This document shows positions 35,863-50,397 of a stretch of DNA of 64,000 nt, in pieces. A program made the position numbers and the translations under genes. Below the pieces are notes generated by a model. That model made no database searches, was not told the DNA's origin, and saw nothing but the letters and a program-made list of their open reading frames with translations. Positions within the stretch are counted from its first letter, which is position 1, and every line of letters starts with the position of its first letter. The stretch spans positions 56,841,187-56,905,186 of the forward strand of contig NC_057719.1 in assembly GCF_004010195.1 (NCBI RefSeq), given 5' to 3'. This DNA is from Chiloscyllium plagiosum. Taxonomy: Eukaryota.

Positions 35863-38812
35863 ATAATCTGCAGTAATATACAAAAGTTGAAATTGAGATA
35901 GCTAAATTTATTCCATTTAACACACTGTTAATTGCATCCTCTGAACAGTACCACTGCATGCTTGCACTGACATGAGGGTACTATTTCATGTGAGAAGGTG
36001 ACATGTGCTTCCAGTACAAGCAGGGCCATATGAATTTGACAGAGCTTCCAAACAGATCAGTATTAATATATTTAAACAAAGAATTAATAAATAGATGAAT
36101 ATGATGTAAGTACCAAATGACTCCATAATTCAATGTAAATATTTCCATTTTAATTCTTTATAATCTTCTAACTTGAAGAATTGAACACATACTGGCTGAT
36201 CACCCATTTTCTACACTTCCTAAACTTGAGGTCATCCAAGACTATGCCACTCAGGTTTTAACTTGCTGCAATTCCTACTCCTGATTAATTCTGGGCTTGC
36301 TGACTTAGATTGGTTTGGTTCAAGTAATGTTTTGACTTGAAAGTTCTGTTCCTGGTTTTCAGGGGGATGATGATTTAGTGGGGAAAGTTGCTTCGTTCTA
36401 TGCTATAAATGTTTATGATTCTGTACCAATTATTATTTGCAATGAATAGTTTGGTGATTTTATTACTATTGTTAACCATGTGATTTACAACACAATCCTC
36501 TGGTTTTGGCCATTAATTTTGCACTAAAATAGATCCTCAAGTTTTCCTATCACCTTATAAGTTTGAACATATCGCAACATGATATTTTGACACTTTATCA
36601 TGAAGTGACAACTGTGCCACTAATGTTCATACCACTGATAGAAATATTTTGATAATATTTCGAAACAATCCGTTTTTTCCATAATCAACACAAAACAATA
36701 ATAAGTGCACTTATTCAATGTCTAAATCCTGATAATGAAAGCAGTATACAATGTTTAATAATTGCATTTCCCTTTTTCTTCAACAGTTAATAAATGTAAA
36801 TTAAGTCAAGCCAAATGTAGAAAAAATAAGAATGAACCACATCAAGATGTATGGATGACACAAATGAGAAACCTTGATGATGATTAAGGACATTAACCTA
36901 TTTTATTATGCAGCATTAAATATTTAAGCATTCTATAAAACAGTAAAACAATTCATTCTAAAAATCTGGATCTAAAAATCATTGTGGCATACTACTATAC
37001 ACAAAACAGCCAGATAAGATGCTCAATGGCACCAATAAACTTAGTGCACCAACAAAAGAGAATTATAACGACAGTCGTGTATTAAACAGAATTAATGCTG
37101 AAATACACACTTTCCTTGAAAATATGAACCATCCATAGAAACAAACAGAAATATGTCTAAGAATTATGGACTATAATTATATGACCAACAACTAAGTATG
37201 AATATAATATATTCTGCAGCTTCAGGTCTAGGCGGCTGTAGGCCAAAGGTGGATGTTCAAGAGATGAGATCTTATATCTGAGGGTTATAGGGTAGAAAAC
37301 AATTACAGAAATGGGGAGGGCATGGCCATAGTGGAGCCTGAAAACAAGGATAAGAACTTAAAAATTGATTTCTTGATTCCTCTGGTCGTCAATGAAAGCT
37401 AAGATTCTGAGCAAATGGCAACCTGGTGAACTATAAATTTTGGAACTCAAAACAAGTCAAAAAGAAAATAAACCTAGATCTGGACGGACATTGAAAGAGT
37501 TGACATTCCCCATTACAAAACTTGTGAATCCAGCAGCCACTTTGGCAGTTCCACGTGCAGCTGAAAAAAGGAATCTCAGAAATCATGACAAGGTTTGACC
37601 CGAGGGTTGCATGAGTCCTTCGATGTTTGATTTGATCAAACGAGGGTTCATGTTCAGGAAAGGAGAGAGTGATAACGCTTGAAATATGGCTGCATTTGAC
37701 AGAGTGCAGACTCAAAGAATCCTTGTAAAACTGAAATTAGCGGAAATCAAGAGAAAATTAGCTGCTGACTGCAGCCATACCGAGCACTTTTGGGGGAGTT
37801 TATGGTGCACTGTTATTGTTGCTAGACAAACAACCCACAGACCCAGATAATGCCCCTGTTGAGAGAATGAAATATGCCTTTTCTAGCACCTTTAAAGTCT
37901 TCAAGTGTTTCCAAAGTAAGTACTGTTTTGTGGATGCATATATTGACTAGCTTCAATATAGCAGAGTCAGACAATTGCTTAATTTGCTTTTCGTGCTATT
38001 GACATAGAAATGAATGATCAAGGTTGCATTCCCTACTTTAGAAAAAATTAAAAATCATATGACACCAGTTTATAGTCCAACAGGTTTATTTGGAAGTACA
38101 AGCTGCCCCTTCATCAGGTAGTAGGTTCATTGTACACAGAATTTACTTTAGAAAACACTTTACAGTCAATTCAACACTTCAAATGGAATTGCTGTTGGAG
38201 TGTAGAAAATGCAGTCAAGTTATGCTCAACAAAGTTGCCAAATAGCAATACCAGATAGTCTGTTTTAGTGATCTTGATGGAAGCATCAGTAAATCGAGAA
38301 AAACTTCACCGCTCTTCAAAAAATGCTGCAACTTTTTATTGCCAATCTAAGAGGATACATAGGGGCACTGTTTAAAATTTCACCTGAAAAGCAGCAATAC
38401 TCACCAGTGCTGCACTGAAGTGTCAGCCTGGATTATGTGCTCACATTTCTGGAGTTAAATTTAACTCATAATTTTCAAAAGCAGAGGGAAGAATGCTAAC
38501 AATTGACTCACAGCCAGAATATTGTAAGGAACTTCCGTATTCCTGCTAGAAAAGTGTCTTTGATGTTCACCTGATGGGGTAGGTGGTTTAATATCTCATT
38601 TGGAAGATAACATGATTAGTGGAGTTTTGGCACTTCTGAACACACACACCTTCTGACTGAAAGATGAGGGTGATTTCACTAAGTTAAGGGCATGAAATAC
38701 TGAAAGAACAACTTGAAATTTCTGAATGCTCTGAAGGCTTAGTGTATGAATTGATTGATGGAAATAATAGCAAAAAATAGATCATTCATCTTTGAGAAAC
38801 AATTTAACTTAC

Positions 38813-38911
38813 CTTAAAAAGCCAAGGAGTTAGAATTCTGAGAGGTGGTATCAAAATTGGAGGTGGTGGGGAGGTGTGATTGTCTACTGTAATTCCAAGA
38901 TTATCTCTCAC
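38813..38911 (-). CDS. RALGAPA1: RALGAPA1 exon 4/13 ([33 protein letters not shown])
   Basis: Poly-T tract plus aaag acceptor and AAG|gtaagt donor; 99 nt, phase 0-0. Confidence 0.95.
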
Positions 38912-40249
38912 CTTTAAAAAAAAAGGAAATTATCTTTTGACAAAATAATTATAAATGTTTTAATAAGACAATATTTTACTGTGAATATTTCACAAAGCAA
39001 GGAATTTCAGATGAATACTTTAGGTGAAAATCATATCTATTGATTTGCAAGCTTTAGAAACCAAGGTAATCAAAGTTTTAAGATAACAGTGTGGCTTGTT
39101 AAGAATAATCGGCACAACTTAAACAGTATTAACTTGGAATGCAGGAATTGGTAAACAAGGAAAGACTATGATCCACTGAATTCATTATTTACCACCTTGC
39201 TAGCCATTGATGCAATAATGGTGCTTTTAATCAAACAAAACAATCAATCTCGAACGACTCTCCCATAACAGACACAGAACGAAACAAGGAAACCTCTAGC
39301 AATGTGAAGTTATAGAAAACTCAGGATCACGTCACCTGTTCCTCTCATGCATACACTCACTACATCTCATGTCTTAAATTATTCTCATATTCTAAATGAA
39401 AATATTATTTTCTCCAAGAAAGATATCGAAGTTGTATTTAAATCCATCATACTGTATGCTTTCTTCGTCACTCAAGCCTGAGGATGAGGGGTGACTTGAT
39501 AGAGGTTTATAAGATGATCAGAGGAATAGATAGATGGTAGAGTCAGAATCTTTGGTGACCTTTAAGCGTCAATTGGATAGGTACATGGATGGGTGCTTAA
39601 GCTAGGACAAATGTTCGGCACAACATCGTGGGCCGAAGGGCTTGTTCTGTGCTGTATTGTTCTACGTTCTATGTTCTATGACTCTATATGGATTGCCTAA
39701 ATTAAATACAAGAGGAAAAGAGATCAACTCTAATTAATAGGTGTAATGGAGAAAAATCATTACTGTTCACACTTACATCTGGCACATAGGAAAATCACCT
39801 CAGCCTTAGAATACTGTTGTAAAATGCCCTCAAATCAATCATTTTCAGACCAAGGCTTAGATGGACCGAGTTTTAATCAGTTAGAGAATCAAGGATTATG
39901 GAGAAAATGCAGGAAAGTGCAGTTGAGGATTATCAGATCAGCTCGGATCTCATCGAATGGCCTACTTCTGCACTTATGTTTTATGATCTTATGAACTTCA
40001 TTACTTTCTCTTTGTGGCAGTGGTGCATTCACTGACCATGGCACAGTATTATGCTCCATTCAGTCCTCCTCCAATATTGAAGATGCTTACAACACACTAC
40101 AGGACTGATAATGGGATGACAAGCAGTAGTGACATTTTTGCACTGTTGATGTCGTGCAATGATCATCTCTGACAAGCAAAACCTAGTCATGTCTCCCTTA
40201 TCTTCACCTGCACCATTATCATCCAACATCAATACTGGGGTCACCGCTT

Positions 40250-42420
40250 ACAAAGAAAATAGGAGAGGAATAGGCTATTCATCCCATTGAGCCACCTCCA
40301 CTATGCAACAGGATCGTGACTTAATCTTTCTTAATGACATATCCCAATTCTCTCACTATATCCCTTGACAACATGTAGCTAAAAGCCTATTTCTTCCTTA
40401 ATTATATTCAGTGACTTTCTCTCTACAGCCTTCTGTGGTAGAAGGTTCGACAGGTTCACCACCATTTGAGTGAAAGAAAATTCTCCTTGTTTCAGTCCAA
40501 AATGGCATACCTCAATCTGAGACTGCAACTATTTGTTCTGGACACACCAGCCAGGGGAAACATCATTCCTGCAGCCAGTCTGCTCAACCCTCTCAGAAAT
40601 TTCCTCTTTCCAATGAGAAATGGTTATACTAATCATTTCTTATCCATGCCTTTTAATTAAGTGACCAAGTCTATCACAGTCAACTTACCTATCAAATGTT
40701 CATAGCTTCCACGGTGTACATTCAAGCTGTCAGTTTTATATTAGACTACCTGCTATTCTATCCCAGTGCCGTTATGGTCACTTTTTCTTCAAGGATATCT
40801 CACCACAAGATTATTATTGAACCTCTTCTCACTGCACGAAAAACAAATCGAAGATGTCCTATCCTTGAGTTGGTTCTTGAGTGTACTGGTTTAAACAAAA
40901 CCACACTATACATACTCCAGGAATTCATCTGCACAATATTACTACTCAAGTGGTTTGTGCACTTTTTGTATAGATTAAAATCACCCATGATTACTGTAGT
41001 ACTCTTACAGCTTCCACCTCTAATTTCCTGCTTCATGCCGCCCTAAACTCACCATTAGTATTTGAAGATGTATGGACAACTCCAATTAATGCTTTCTGCC
41101 CTTTGTTGCTTGTTTATTCCCCCAGATTGATTCCATATCTGGACTTCTTGTGCTAATATCTTTTCTCACCACTGCACTGACTTCACCTTTCACTAACCAT
41201 GCTAATTCACCTCATTTTCCATTTCAATATCCTTGGATGTTCAGTTCCCAGCCTTGGTCACCCTGAAGTCATGTCTCCTTAATGACAATCAATTATATCA
41301 GAGCTGTTTACAACTATTTGCACTGTCAATTCACCTACCTTATTGCAAATACTCTGCACAATCATTTAGACTTTTCTTTTCAACATTTCCACACATTCTA
41401 GTTTGTACTCCAACCCCATTTGTTGCTAGCCAGTGTTTCCTCTGCCTTCACTTTTTCTTTCTACCCTTCTATCTTTCAGTTCATCTTTGCTTCCCTCACC
41501 TTCACCTCTTTGCCCAGGTTCCCAGACCCTGCCAACAAACCCTCACTCACAATAATGGCCAGTGCCCCTCTGAAGATATTAACACTAGTCCTGCTGGGTT
41601 GCTTGGATAGGTCCCACTTCTTCCTCAGAATATATTCTAATGCCTCAAATATCATAATCCCCCAACCCCATTCCTCCAGCCATTTGGTTTATTCACCTAT
41701 TCCTGATCTCATTCATATGTGACATTGGAGGTAATTCAAAGATTACTACTTCAGGCTTTCTTTTTTAAATTATTTCCTAGCTTCCTCTATTGTGCTTACA
41801 GGACTTTATACCTCTTCTTACTTCTGTCATGATACTGATATAGTATACAACCTCCAGCTGCTCTCTCTCACCTTCAGAACATTCTGCAGCCGTTCTGTGA
41901 CAACCTTGACCCTGGTACAAGTGAGGCAACACACCACTCTAATGTCTCATCTGTGGGTGCAGTAATGTCTGTTCCTCTTATAATAGAATATGACCACAAT
42001 TGCTCTCCTACTTATCTTTTCTCCTTTCCTGTGCAACTGAGCTGCTCCTGGTGCCACAGATTTGATTCTTGCTGCATTCCCTGAGAAACCAGCTCCACCA
42101 GCAGTATCAGAATTGGAAAGTAGGTAGTTCCAGAGGACTCCTGAATGACTTAACTGGTGCTTTTTCTCTAACTGGTAATCACCTACACCATTTCTGCCTA
42201 TGCACTCTTTATCTTTAGCATAACCACCCCACTGTACATACTATCCACAAAGATCTCAGCCTTGCAGAGGTTCCACGGTGACTCCAGTTGCTGCTGCAGA
42301 CCTGAAACGTGGATTTTCAGTAGCTGGGCTGGAGACATCATCTGCATACTTGATGACCTTGGACACTGGAGTTAACCCTGATTTCTCACATTGCACAAAA
42401 GGAGCATTCACTGGGTTGTG
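40250..42420 (-). mobile_element. Old degraded CR1 LINE pieces
   Basis: VIMGDFNL endonuclease motif in ORF 40800..41036 and a degenerate 3' end near 40250-40600. Confidence 0.55.
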
Positions 42421-42589
42421 CTACCTTGCAAACATAATTTTCTCCAGGACAATGAGAGATGGGACTTAAATTCTGGCTTAGCCAGCGATGCCCATACCCT
42501 GTGAACTAAAAAAAAATTGATCATGGATTACCACAAACAAGGTTACCTTGAAAGGCAATCCATGAGCTTGAACCATTTCCATCAAATCT

Positions 42590-45500
42590 TGGAAAGATTG
42601 CAGATTACAGGGAAGTAGTCACACCTCTGGTGCAAGAAAGAGGCAGATGGGTTACAGTCAAGGGATGGAAAGGGAACCGGCAGGCAGTGCAGGGAACCCC
42701 TGTGGCCGTTCCCCTCAATAACTTGGATACAGGTGTGTGTGCGTACGTACCAGGGCTAGGCATTGGGGCACAGGTCTCTGGCACAAAGTCTGTCCCAGGT
42801 GCTCAGAAGGGAAGGGGGGAATGAGCAGATCATTAGTCATTTGGGACTCCACAGTTAGGGGAACAGATAGGAGGGTCTGTGGGAATGAGGGAGACTCATG
42901 GTTGGTGTGTTGCCTCCGAGGTGCCAAGATTCATGATGTCCTGGATCATGTATTTGGGATCACTGAGGGGGAGCAGCCTCAAGTCGTGGTCCACATAGGT
43001 ACTAACAACATAGGTAGGAAAAGGGATAGGGATTTAAGGCAGAAATTCAGGGAGCTAGGGTGGAAGGTTAGAGCTAGAACAAACAGAGTTGTTATCTCTG
43101 GTTTGTTGTCCATGCCACATGTGAGTGAGGTAAGGAATACGGGGAGAGAAAGGAGTTGAATACGTGGCTACAGGGGAGGTGCAGGAGGGAGGGTTTCAGA
43201 AACCTGGATAATTAGGGCTCATTCTGGGATAGGTGGGACCTCAACAAACAGAATGGCCTACACCTGAGCCAGAGGGGTATCAATATCCTGGATGGAAATT
43301 TACTAATGTTCTTTGAGAGGATTCAAACTAATTCAGCAATAGGTTGGGAACCTAAATTGTAGTTCCAGTGTCCAGGGAGTTGAACGTAGTGAGGTCAGAA
43401 ATGAGGTTTCAAGGTTGCACGAGTTCACTGGCAAGCAGGAAGGTGGTTTGAAGTGTCTACTTCAAGGCCAGGAGCATCCCGAATAAAGTGGGTGAAATCG
43501 CAGCATGGGTGGTTACCTGGGACTTCGATGTTGTGGCCATTTCGGAGACATGGAGAAAGCAGGGATGGGAATGGTTGCTGCAGGTTCTGGAATTTAGGTG
43601 TTTCAGTAAGAACAGAGAAGATGATAAAAGAGGGGGTGTGTCATTGTTGGTCAAGGACAGCATTACGGTGGCAGAAAGGACATTTGAAGACTCAGCTACT
43701 GAGCAAGTACAGGCTGAGGTTAGAAACAGGCAAGGGGAGATCACCCTGTTGGGAGGTTTCTATCAGCCTCCAAATTGTTCCAGACATGTCGAGGAAAGGA
43801 TAGCAAAGATAATTCTGGATAGGAGCGAGAGTAAAGGGTAGTTGTTATGAGGGACTTTAATTTTCCAAATATTGACTGGAAATACCACAGGAGAAAGTGA
43901 GGACTGCAGATGCTGGGACCAGAGTTGAAAAATGTGGTGCTGGAAAAACATAGCAGGCCAGGCAGCATCCGAGGAGCAGGAGAATCGATATTTCGGGCAT
44001 AAGCCCTTCTTCAGGAATGGGAAATACCATAGTTCGAGTACTTTAGATGGGTCAGTTTTTGTCCAACGTGTGCAGGTGGTTTCCTGACACAGTATGTAGA
44101 CAAACCAACAAAGGATGAGGCCACATTGGATTTGGAGCTGGGTAATAAACCTGGCCAGATGTTAGATTTGGAGGTAGGTGAGTACTTTAGTGATAGTGAC
44201 CACAATTTGGTTATGTTTACTTTAGCGATGGAAAGGCAAGGTCATATAACACAAGGCAAGAGTTATAGTGGGGAGAAAGGCAATTATGATGCAGAAGATG
44301 GGGAAGAAAACTGCAGGGGATGGGCACAATTGAAATGTGGAGCTTATTCAAGGAACAGCTACTGCGTGCCCTTGATAAATATGTACCTGTCAGGAAGGGA
44401 GGAAGTGGTCAAGTGAGGGAACCGTGGTTTACTAAAGAAGTTGAAACTCTTGTTAAGAGGAAGAAGGCGGCTTATGTTAGGATGAGAAATGAAGGCTCAG
44501 TTAGGGCGCTTGAGAGTTAAAAGTTAGCCAGGAAAGACGGAAAGAGAGCGTGAAGAAGAGCCAGGAGTCATGAGAAGTCATTGGTAGATAGGATCAATGA
44601 AAAGCTTTCTAATAGGTATATCAGGAATAAATTAATGACTAGAGAAAGATTAGGCCTAATCAAGGATAATAACTGGAAGTTGTGCGTGGAATCAGAGGAG
44701 TTAGGGGAAGTGCTAAATGAATGTTTTTTGTCTTTTTCCAATGTGAATACTAACAATGTTGTCGAAGAGAATACTGAGATACTGGCTACTAGGCTAGTTG
44801 GGATTGAGGTTCACAAGGAAGAGGTGGTAGCAATTCTGGAAAGTGTGAAAATAGTTAAGTCCCCTTGGCTGGTGGGATTTATCATCGGATTTTCTGTGAA
44901 ACCAGAGAAGAGGTGCTGAGCCTTTGGCTTTGATCTTTATGTCGTCCTTGTCTACAGGAACAATGCCAAAAGACTGGAGGATAGCAAATGTTGTCCTCTT
45001 GTTCAAGGTGGGGTAGAGATAACCCTGCTAATTATAGACCAGTGAGCCTTACTTCGGTAGTGGGCAAAGTGTTGGAAAAGTTTATAAGGGATAGGATTTA
45101 TAATTATCTGGAAAGGAATAATTTGATTAGGGATAGTCAACACGGATTGGTGAAGGGTAGGTCGTGCCTCACAAACCTTATTGAGTGCTTTAAGAAGGTG
45201 GCCAAACGGGTGGATGAGGATAAAGCGGTTGTTGCGGTGCATATGGATTTCAGTAAGGAGTTTGATAAGGTTCCCCACAGTAGGCAATTGCACAAAATAC
45301 AGAGGCATGGGATGGAGGGTGATTTAGCGGATTGGATCAGAAATTGGCTAGCTGAAAGAAGACAGAGGGTGGTGGTTGATGGGAAGTATTCATCCTGGAG
45401 TTCAGTTACTGTTGGTGTACTGCAAGGATCTGTTTTGAGCCACTGCTGTTTGTGATTTTTATAAACAGGAGAAAGTGAGGTCTGCAGATGCTGGAGATCA

Positions 45501-46490
45501 AAGTTGAAACTTTATTGCTGGAACAGCACAGCAGGTCAGGCACTGCAAGGATCTGTTTTGAGCCACTGCTGTTTGTGATTTTTATAAACAACCAAGACGA
45601 GTGCATAGAAGGATGGGTTAGTAAATTTGCGGATGACACTAAGGTCAGAGGAGTTGTGGACTGTACTGAAGGATGTTGCAGGTTATAGAGGGACATAGAT
45701 AAACTGCAGAGCTGGGCTGAGAGATAGCAAATGGAGTTTAACGTGGAAAATTGAGAGGTGATTCAATTTGGAAGGAGCAACTGGAATGCAGAGTACTGGG
45801 CTAATGGTAAGATTCTTGGTAGTGTAGATGAGCAAAGCGATCTCGATGCCCATGTACATAGATCCCTGAAAGTTGCCCAGATTGATCGGGTTGTTAAGGC
45901 GACATACGGTGTGTTAGCTTTTATTGGTAGAGGGATTGATTTTCGGAGCCACAAAGTTATGCTGCAGCTCTACAAAACTCTGATGTGGCCACACTTCGAG
46001 TATTGCATACAGTTCTGGTCACCAGTTCATAGGAAGGATGTGGAACCTTTGGAAAAGCTTCAGATGAGATTTACTGACATGCTGACTGGTATGGAGGGAA
46101 GGCTGAGGGATATGTTTTCGTTCGAGAAGAAAGTTGAGAGGTGACTTAATTGAGACATATAAGTTAAGCAGAGGGTTAGATAGGGTGGACAGCGACAGCC
46201 TTTTTCCTTGGATGGTGATGGCTAGCACGAGAGGACATAGCTTTAAATAGAGGGGTGATAGATATAGGACAGATGTCAGAGGTAGTTTCTTTACCCTGAG
46301 AGTAGTGGGGGCATGGAACACACTGCCTGCAACAGTAGTAGACTTGCCAAATTTAAGGGCATTTAAATGACCATTGGATAAACATTTAGATGAAAATGGA
46401 ATAGTGTAGGCTATATAGGCTACAGATTGGTTCCACAGGTCGGTGTAACATCGAGGGTTGAAGGACCTGTACTGCACTGTAATGTCCTAG
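42590..46490 (+). mobile_element. Near full-length degenerate CR1 LINE (ORF1 SGNH esterase, ORF2 APE endonuclease and RT) with two nested Penelope-terminus insertions
   Basis: LVIWDSTVRG and VVVHIGTNNIG (esterase); FDVVAISETW, DFNFP and SDHN (APE); NYRPVSLTSV, DFSKEFDKV and KFADDTK (RT). Confidence 0.9.
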
Positions 46491-47926
46491 AACCTACAGA
46501 AGAGTTTCAAAACATTGGTCAGAGATATTCCAATGATATTGGCAAACAGAAAAGTACACATATTCAGCCTCCAATCTTTCTGTAATTCATTCATGGGAGA
46601 TGGTATTGATGTCTGAGCCAGCATTTATTGCCCATCCTTAATTGCTCTTGAGAAGGTGGTGGTGATGATCTGCCATCTTGAACTGCTGCAGTTCAATTAC
46701 ATAATCAAATTTGTGCACTATCTGCTGAATAATTTACATTTGAAAACTTAAACACAGTTGACTTCATATCCAACACAGCATCATTGGCAGTTACAAAATA
46801 ACATCACTTCACCTCCACAATCCATGATCCTGGCAACACGTGCATTTAAAGTACAAACACATTTTATTACATTCTAAGACAATAGAGAACCTGTTACAGG
46901 TGTTATGTTGGATTGCGATCTCAAACAGTTGCGGCTCCCTGTCTATTTGCTCCACTTATTAGTTATCTATGCTTTAACCTGAACTGGTTCTGACTCTGGA
47001 GATAGTATGAAATAAAGATAGCAGAAACTGAGGTGAAAACAAAATACTAGCAAAATACAGGATCAGGCAGAGAACGATTTTAAGTGGATTTTGATTTTTT
47101 GGGATTCTCAGGCATCTGGTCACACAGGGGGTTAAATTACTGAACAAATAATTCAGATGGCTGAATTCATGAGCTGGCAACCGGGGTTCAAACTCCATCA
47201 TGGCTGTTGGAAAATTTACATTCAATTAATTGAACAAACCTAGAAGGAAAAAACCCTGTCTTCAATGGTGACCATGAAACAAAAAAAAATTGTTTTCTAA
47301 AATTTACTAGTATCTATCAGGAAAGAACATCTTCCATTCTTACCCAGTCTGATTTATGCAGCTCCACACTCAGTAAATTGGCTGACTCTTAGCTACTCTG
47401 CCAAGCTACTTTGAGAAACTGTATTGAAACCAGACAAACAAATCTGCATAAACTCGTGGCAGGAACAACAAAAATACTCCCATCCCTGTCAGCCTCACAA
47501 AGACCACTTTCACTATCATCTGCCAAATTTGGGAGAGCTGTTCCATAGATTAATAATGTAATAGGCTAACATAGACACACTCATGGAGTCATACCTTACA
47601 GTTAATTCCCCAGGGTCCTATATCAACATTAATACAATAATAAAATATTGCAGATTCTGAAAATCTGAAATAAATATAAAAATATCGGACGTACTCAGCA
47701 GGTCAGGCAACATTTCTGGAGAGGGAAAAACATGTTTCGGATAGATGATGATCTTGCAGCATTTCAGGTCATCTATCTCAAAGCCGAATTAATTTTCTCT
47801 CTATATACATGCCACCTGATCATGCTTGTCATGAAAAGTTGTGGATAATTTCACAGTTAATAGGAGCAGACAGCTTTAGAAACGTCCCCATGCTCAATAG
47901 ACAGCAAGACTAGTATATAGTCTTGT

Positions 47927-48232
47927 GGGCGGCACAGCGCCAGAGACCCGGGTTCAATTCCCACCTCAGGCGACTGACTGTGTGGAGTTTGCACGTTCTC
48001 CCCGTGTCTGTGTGGGTTTCCTCCGGGTGCTCCGGTTTCCTCCCACAGTCCAAAGATGTGCAGGTCAGGTGAATTGGCCATGCTAAATTGCCCGTAGTGT
48101 TAGGTAAGGGGTAAATGTAGGGGTATGGGTGGGTTGCGCTTCGGCGGGTCAGTGTGGACTTGTTGGGCCGAAGGGCCTGTTTCCACACTGTAAGTAATCT
48201 AATCTAATTAGAAATGTAAGTAATCTAATCTA
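47927..48232 (+). mobile_element. Young HE1/V-SINE-like SINE with a deletion in the 5' head and a duplicated tail
   Basis: Near-identical to the reverse complement of 3476-3793 but lacks the A-box segment. Confidence 0.85.
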
Positions 48233-50002
48233 AGTGCAGAAGACATGGCATTTGAAACTATCTTCAGTCAGAATTATTAAATGGACATCTCCTCAAGGAG
48301 ATCCCCAGCATCACAGATGCCAGAGTCTTGCCAAGTCAAGTAATTTTCCATGATATCATGAAATAACTAAAAGGAATTAGATAAAGTGAAGCTTATGGAC
48401 TCTGTAAACACTGTGGCTGCAGTAGTAATGACATGTTCAGAGCTAGCCATGATTTTAGCCAAGCTCTTTGAGTACAGCGACAATATAGAACAATGTGGAA
48501 AATTGTTGAGCATCTCTAGCCCACTGAATGCAGAACAGATCCAAACAATCCAAGTAATCACAACCCAACAGTCTATTCTCAATCATCATCAATATGACGG
48601 AACGTTCACAATATTAAGCATTACTTACTCACCAAGAATCTATTCAATAATGTTCAATTCAGGTTTCAACAGGAGTACCTGAATTCAGACCGTATTAATG
48701 TTTTGGCCCAAACATGGATGAATACACTGACAGCGACTGCCTCTGACATCAATGAAACATATGACTGTGAGAGACATCTAAAAGTACAAGTAAAATTTCA
48801 GTTCATGGGATTGGAGGAAACCTTGCCAGTGGCAGCAGTGATACGTAGCACAAAGCAAGATGTTTGTCATTTTAGAGGCCAACTGCTTCAGTCCCATGGA
48901 TGTAGCAGCTAGGAGTTTGTCAGCATAGTGTCCTCGGCCCAATCATTTTCAGCTGTTTCATCAATGACCGTTCCTTCATCACCAGGTCAAAAACAGAGAA
49001 ACCTAATGTTTAGGTGTGTTCAGAACCTTTGCCACTTCTCAGATAATGCAGTCTACGTCTGTGTGCGCAACATTTATGGCTTGGGCTGATAAGTAGCAAG
49101 ATTTTTTTCTGCCGCACAAATGCTAGGCAATGAGCATCTTCCACAAGGTATCATCGTTGTATGACATTCAATGGCATTTACATTGCTGAATTCTCCATTA
49201 AAATCCTGGGGTCATCTGAGCCCTGAATATACTGTGACTAAAAGAGCATGTAAAAGGCTGGGTATTTTATTGTGAGCTCCCGACTCTCCAAAGCCTTTCC
49301 AATTTCTATAAAGGAACAAGTCAGGAATATGATGAAAATACTCTCCACTTTCCTGGATGAGCGCAATTTGAACATCGCTCAAAGGGCTAAAACTTGACAG
49401 CATGTAGCCTACTTGATTGTACTACATCCACCATTTTAAATATTCCATCCTCCCATCATAAGTGCAACACGGCCAAAATGTGCACCACCTAAAGAATGGA
49501 CTGCAACAACTTGTTAAAGCTTTATTAATACGTATGCCTCTATGCTCATGAGCATCATCACCTACGGCCAAAAGGGCAGCAGAACCACGGGAGACTCTGA
49601 CACAGAAAAATATTGCTGTTCTTTCATTGCCAATGGATCAAAATCCCAGAATTCCTTACTTAACAACACTGAAGAGGCAGGTGGGTGGAATTATCTTCAC
49701 CACACAGGCTCCAGTAGATAATGGCAGTCGTTCACAATCTCTCCATCAATTGAGTGGGCAATAAATGCTTGTCAGTGACACTCACATCCCATTAATGAAT
49801 GCAACATGTGAATTTCAACAAGATTAAACTTTAAACAGCAAATCACAAGTTGCTTTCATAAACTGCAAACTATAAATAACAACCATGTACTATCCACTTT
49901 CTATTTATTCCGAAAAAAAAAGCATCAAAAACATCAATATGGAAAGCTTAGTCCATCATAGCACTGCTAATCTTTGCAAGCAAGCTTAAACTAAGTGCTT
50001 AC

Positions 50003-50196
50003 CTTGGCCAAATTCTGCCACAGCTCGCATAAATAGTCAAAAACTTGAGCATGAATTTCAGGATCCTTAATGCAGTTGACATCTCCCAAAATACCAAGCA
50101 TCCGTCTCCACATAACTGTAGCAACATCTTCATGCCAACCTTTAAGACTTCCTCCTGCCATCACACTGCAATCTTCATTTGGAAATTCACTGTTTT
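50003..50196 (-). CDS. RALGAPA1: RALGAPA1 exon 3/13 ([41 protein letters not shown]...[10 protein letters not shown])
   Basis: gagcag acceptor and AAG|gtaagc donor; 194 nt, phase 1-0. [17 protein letters not shown] is the alpha-1 form rather than alpha-2, as recalled. Confidence 0.95.
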
Positions 50197-50397
50197 CTGC
50201 TCAATGCAACATTTTAAGTTATAGAACAGACAATATACATATATAGTTTAGAAAAATTACATTTAACACAAAAAAGTACATCAAATTAAAATTTAAATAC
50301 TTTGAAACTATCACTACATAGAAACAAATGCCATCAATACAACATGAATTGTGTAAACCTGTACTCAAATAAAAATGATCACATAACAGTTTCTTAA

